Assembly (NCBI GenBank): GCA_025594325.1
Contig: JANHCV010000017.1
Span: 124,001-188,000, forward strand
Direction of reading: 5' to 3'
DNA from: Blastocladiella emersonii ATCC 22665
Lineage: Eukaryota > Fungi > Blastocladiomycota
DNA: 64,000 bases
Shown: positions 59,201 to 64,000 of the stretch, in pieces
Position numbering within the stretch: position 1 is the stretch's first letter
Layout of the letters: each line of letters opens with the position of its first letter
Position numbers and translations under genes: made by a program
Notes under the pieces: model-generated
Told to the model about the DNA's origin: nothing
Seen by the model: only the letters and a program-made list of their open reading frames with translations
The model's database searches: none

Positions 59201-62200
59201 CAGCGCTGCGGAGGGCTGCAGAGGGCTAAGGCGGCAGGGCTTCTCCTCCTGCAGGGGACAGTACCAAGGCCAAGGAGTGCTAGTGACTACTAACGGAATG
59301 GTGATTGGCCCCCTTCACACGCTCCTGGCAGGACTGCGTGTGGGCGTGCGGGCGTTTGTGCGTGCGTGCCTTGATTCGTCCACCATCATACGCGCAAAGT
59401 GACCAAGTGACCAAGTGACCAAGTGACCAAGGTGACCAAGGTGACCAAGGTGACCAAGGTGACCAAGGTGACCAAGTGACACACAAGCACCAAGCTAGGG
59501 TGGCCGGGCGGCCATGGAACGTACTGCATGGGAACCATTACCGTGGACTGGCCGCGGCCATTTATCGCAGCACAGCCCTGCCTGGCTCAGGACGCGGCGG
59601 GCGTGGGAGGCAGGCAGGGTAGATCGGTAGCAGCAGCAGGACCTGGCTAGCTGGCTGTCAAACAACACAAGTGAAGGGGTGCGTGAGGGAGGGTGTGTTG
59701 AATGAATGGATGGGTGGATGCAGGCAGAGAGAGACCTTCATACGTGTCGTGGGTGATGAGGATTGGTTGGCCACCATCCACCAACGCCATGGCATGGCTG
59801 CGGGTGTCGCTGCGTGCGCCTTGGCGGGTGGTGTTGGTGGGTGGGTGGTCTTGGTGGGTGCTGTGGTGGTAGTGGAGCTAGAGTGGTGCCGTGGGGCTCT
59901 TGGGGTCCCCTTTCCTTCCTGTCTGGCCTAGGTGGGTCGGCGGACGCAGCGCGCATGCGGGCAAGGTAACAACATTGCTCACGCAATGGATCATGTATTT
60001 TATGGCAAGTAGTCTGCGAAGCAGAGACGGGGATGTCCGGCCCAATCGGACCCTCCACGGATCACAATATGCACGCAATGAATTGACTGATGATAGGGAT
60101 GTACCAAACCAGCCACGTAGACAATTGTCGTGGTTGTCGAACAAAACCATATTCAAATCTTTGGCAACGCGCCTGTCCAGCTAGCCAGGGACCCATGAAT
60201 CACAGTATCGACCCAACAAGATACTAGACCATGGTAATATAGTAAACCAACCTCGTACATAATTGTCATGGTACTCAAACAAAACCATATTCAAGTCTTT
60301 GCTTTCCCGCATATCCAGCTGGCCAGGGACCCATAAATCACAGTATCGAACGAACAAGATATCTTACCATGGAAATATAGTTAACCAGCCACGCGGACAA
60401 TTGTCATGGTACTCAATCGAGACCACATTCAAGTCTTTGCTCTCCCGCATGTCAAGCTGGTTGAAGGCCCATTAATCACAGTATCGACCCAACAAGATAT
60501 TTGACCATGGAAACATAGTAAACCAGCCACGCGGATAATTGTCATGGTACTCAATCAAAACCATATTCATATTTTTGCTTCCCCGTATGTCAAGCTGGTT
60601 GAAGACCCATAACTCACAGTATCGACCCAACAAGATATTTGACCATGGAAACATAGTAAACCAGCCACGCGGATAATTGTCATGGTACTCAATCAAAACC
60701 ATATTCATATTTTTGCTTCCCCGCATGTCAAGCTGGTTGAAGACCCATAAATCACAGTATCGAACCAACAAAATATCTGACCATGGAAATATAGTTAACC
60801 AGCCACGCGGACAATTGTCATGGTACTCAATCGAAACCACATTCAAGTCTTTGCTTCCCCGCATGTCAAGCTGGTTGAAGGCCCATAAATCACAGTATCG
60901 AACGAACAAGATATCTTACCATGGAAATATAGTTAACCAGCCACGCAAATGATTGTCATGCCACTTAATCAAAACCATACTCAAATGGTCGATTACCCTC
61001 ACGTCCAAGCGGCCAAGGACCCAAACCGCCAGATACCCAAATCTACGACCACGTTGCGCACACTCCACTAGCCAACTCTTCGATCCCCTAATTATGGAGC
61101 CCGTCGTCAAAGTCCACGGTCCAATCAACGAGGTAAACAGCGAACTTGTCAAACTGCCAACCTGCCAACCAAACACCCACGCCGCTTCTCAAGCCACGGT
61201 GGGCCCGCGCATTTGCGTTGCCGTCCCAGCCAACGAAGGAATGACTGATGAGCCCTGGTAGCCTGCTAGACTGACAGCCTGACAGCGCCCGCTCAGTTGC
61301 TATTATCTATCTCGTAGGTAGTCTGGGAGGAGTTCGTTAGTCGATACGCGACCAGTCTCCTCCTGGCTGCCCGCTCTGCTGCCATCTCCAAGGCCCGCAT
61401 GAAGATGGGCCAGGGAGGTTTACGAGCATTTCCTATCTCTCCTCTCTCCGTGTGAAACCATTCACCCGCGGACGGATGCGCACCACGCACCGTGCACCGC
61501 GCACCGCGCACCGCGCACCGCGCACCGTGCACCGCGCACCGCGCACCGCGCACAGCGCACCGCGGACAGCGCCCGATGCACCACACGCTGCGCACACGGC
61601 GCCAACGGCCACGCTGGTGTCACGCACACACACTCGCATGAACGGCAAGCAGGCAAGGCTTCCTCAACTCAACCATGATCCATCGTCCATGTCTGCTCGC
61701 TCCAACGGGTGCGCCTGCCTACCCTCCCAGTGCCATCGATTGATTGATTCATGTCCAGTGCTGCCCATGCTTTCATGGCCGCGGGGTCCGTCAGAACGCC
61801 TTGCAATGCGTGCGCCTGCATGCACCTGCACTGCAGAGCGCTGCAGAGGGCTGCACAGCGCTGCGGAGGGCTGCAGAGGGCTAAGGCGGCAGGGCTTCTC
61901 CTCCTGCAGGGGACAGTACCAAGGCCAAGGAGTGCTAGTGACTACTAACGGAATGGTGATTGGCCCCCTTCACACGCTCCTGGCAGGACTGCGTGTGGGC
62001 GTGCGGGCGTTTGTGCGTGCGTGCCTTGATTCGTCCACCATCATACGCGCAAAGTGACCAAGTGACCAAGTGACCAAGTGACCAAGGTGACCAAGGTGAC
62101 CAAGGTGACCAAGGTGACCAAGGTGACCAAGTGACACACAAGCACCAAGCTAGGGTGGCCGGGCGGCCATGGAACGTACTGCATGGGAACCATTACCGTG

Positions 62201-64000
62201 GACTGGCCGCGGCCATTTATCGCAGCACAGCCCTGCCTGGCTCAGGACGCGGCGGGCGTGGGAGGCAGGCAGGGTAGATCGGTAGCAGCAGCAGGACCTG
62301 GCTAGCTGGCTGTCAAACAACACAAGTGAAGGGGTGCGTGAGGGAGGGTGTGTTGAATGAATGGATGGGTGGATGCAGGCAGAGAGAGACCTTCATACGT
62401 GTCGTGGGTGATGAGGATTGGTTGGCCACCATCCACCAACGCCATGGCATGGCTGCGGGTGTCGCTGCGTGCGCCTTGGCGGGTGGTGTTGGTGGGTGGG
62501 TGGTCTTGGTGGGTGCTGTGGTGGTAGTGGAGCTAGAGTGGTGCCGTGGGGCTCTTGGGGTCCCCTTTCCTTCCTGTCTGGCCTAGGTGGGTCGGCGGAC
62601 GCAGCGCGCATGCGGGCAAGGTAACAACATTGCTCACGCAATGGATCATGTATTTTATGGCAAGTAGTCTGCGAAGCAGAGACGGGGATGTCCGGCCCAA
62701 TCGGACCCTCCACGGATCACAATATGCACGCAATGAATTGACTGATGATAGGGATGTACCAAACCAGCCACGTAGACAATTGTCGTGGTTGTCGAACAAA
62801 ACCATATTCAAATCTTTGGCAACGCGCCTGTCCAGCTAGCCAGGGACCCATGAATCACAGTATCGACCCAACAAGATACTAGACCATGGTAATATAGTAA
62901 ACCAACCTCGTACATAATTGTCATGGTACTCAAACAAAACCATATTCAAGTCTTTGCTTTCCCGCATATCCAGCTGGCCAGGGACCCATAAATCACAGTA
63001 TCGAACGAACAAGATATCTTACCATGGAAATATAGTTAACCAGCCACGCGGACAATTGTCATGGTACTCAATCGAGACCACATTCAAGTCTTTGCTCTCC
63101 CGCATGTCAAGCTGGTTGAAGGCCCATTAATCACAGTATCGACCCAACAAGATATTTGACCATGGAAACATAGTAAACCAGCCACGCGGATAATTGTCAT
63201 GGTACTCAATCAAAACCATATTCATATTTTTGCTTCCCCGTATGTCAAGCTGGTTGAAGACCCATAACTCACAGTATCGACCCAACAAGATATTTGACCA
63301 TGGAAACATAGTAAACCAGCCACGCGGATAATTGTCATGGTACTCAATCAAAACCATATTCATATTTTTGCTTCCCCGCATGTCAAGCTGGTTGAAGACC
63401 CATAAATCACAGTATCGAACCAACAAAATATCTGACCATGGAAATATAGTTAACCAGCCACGCGGACAATTGTCATGGTACTCAATCGAAACCACATTCA
63501 AGTCTTTGCTTCCCCGCATGTCAAGCTGGTTGAAGGCCCATAAATCACAGTATCGAACGAACAAGATATCTTACCATGGAAATATAGTTAACCAGCCACG
63601 CAAATGATTGTCATGCCACTTAATCAAAACCATACTCAAATGGTCGATTACCCTCACGTCCAAGCGGCCAAGGACCCAAACCGCCAGATACCCAAATCTA
63701 CGACCACGTTGCGCACACTCCACTAGCCAACTCTTCGATCCCCTAATTATGGAGCCCGTCGTCAAAGTCCACGGTCCAATCAACGAGGTAAACAGCGAAC
63801 TTGTCAAACTGCCAACCTGCCAACCAAACACCCACGCCGCTTCTCAAGCCACGGTGGGCCCGCGCATTTGCGTTGCCGTCCCAGCCAACGAAGGAATGAC
63901 TGATGAGCCCTGGTAGCCTGCTAGACTGACAGCCTGACAGCGCCCGCTCAGTTGCTATTATCTATCTCGTAGGTAGTCTGGGAGGAGTTCGTTAGTCGAT

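Larger units (their letters stand above)
40760..64000. repeat. Macrosatellite: units start at 40760, 44795, 48416, 52037, 54678, 57333, 59988, 62643
   Basis: Periods of 4035, 3621, 3621, 2641, 2655, 2655, 2655 bp, seen in both the sequence and the repeating ORF track; continues past the window end. Confidence 0.98.

Noticed and set aside
40830-63732. 138-bp repeats next to a reverse transcriptase as a CRISPR-like repeat-spacer array
   Set aside because: Monomers differ only by point substitutions; there are no unique spacers and no cas-like genes, and the RT is an ordinary APE-type LINE ORF2.
40760-64000. rDNA, 5S, tRNA or snRNA tandem array
   Set aside because: No recognisable rRNA, tRNA or U snRNA sequence in the unit by eye. 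An Infernal/Rfam scan would be decisive; an unknown ncRNA is not excluded.

Overview
Eukaryotic genomic DNA from a GC-rich, compact genome with short GT-AG introns (63-96 nt, CTRAC-type branch points). The gene set (PCK1, ALR1/MNR2-type CorA, MSH1, BFR1) is fungal-type and a TMEM231 orthologue implies a flagellated stage, so a zoosporic fungus is most likely (inference). There are three zones. (1) 1-26.9 kb is gene-dense with nine genes. One is a 1566-aa fusion of signal peptide, haem-ligand-less peroxidase fold, DOMON, cytochrome b561, cytochrome b5 and FAD/NAD(P)H reductase, i.e. a complete trans-membrane electron wire reminiscent of DUOX. (2) 27-40.8 kb is decayed mobile DNA: a Helitron Rep/Pif1 relic interrupted by a hAT-type MITE with 8-bp TSD, two RNase H-bearing LINE families, and gene fragments. 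One LINE is present as two near-complementary pieces joined tail-to-tail, with a TAATG stop-start ORF1/ORF2 junction. (3) 40.76-64 kb is a hierarchical macrosatellite (units 4035, 3621, 3621, 2641, 2655, 2655, 2655 bp and a partial one) with blocks of about 17, 14 or 7 copies of a 138-bp monomer. Both LINE pieces are fused at their 5' ends to this satellite in the same relative orientation. No rRNA, tRNA or CRISPR array was recognised. Exon boundaries were read by hand from splice signals and frame continuity; family assignments rest on motif recognition, not database searches.
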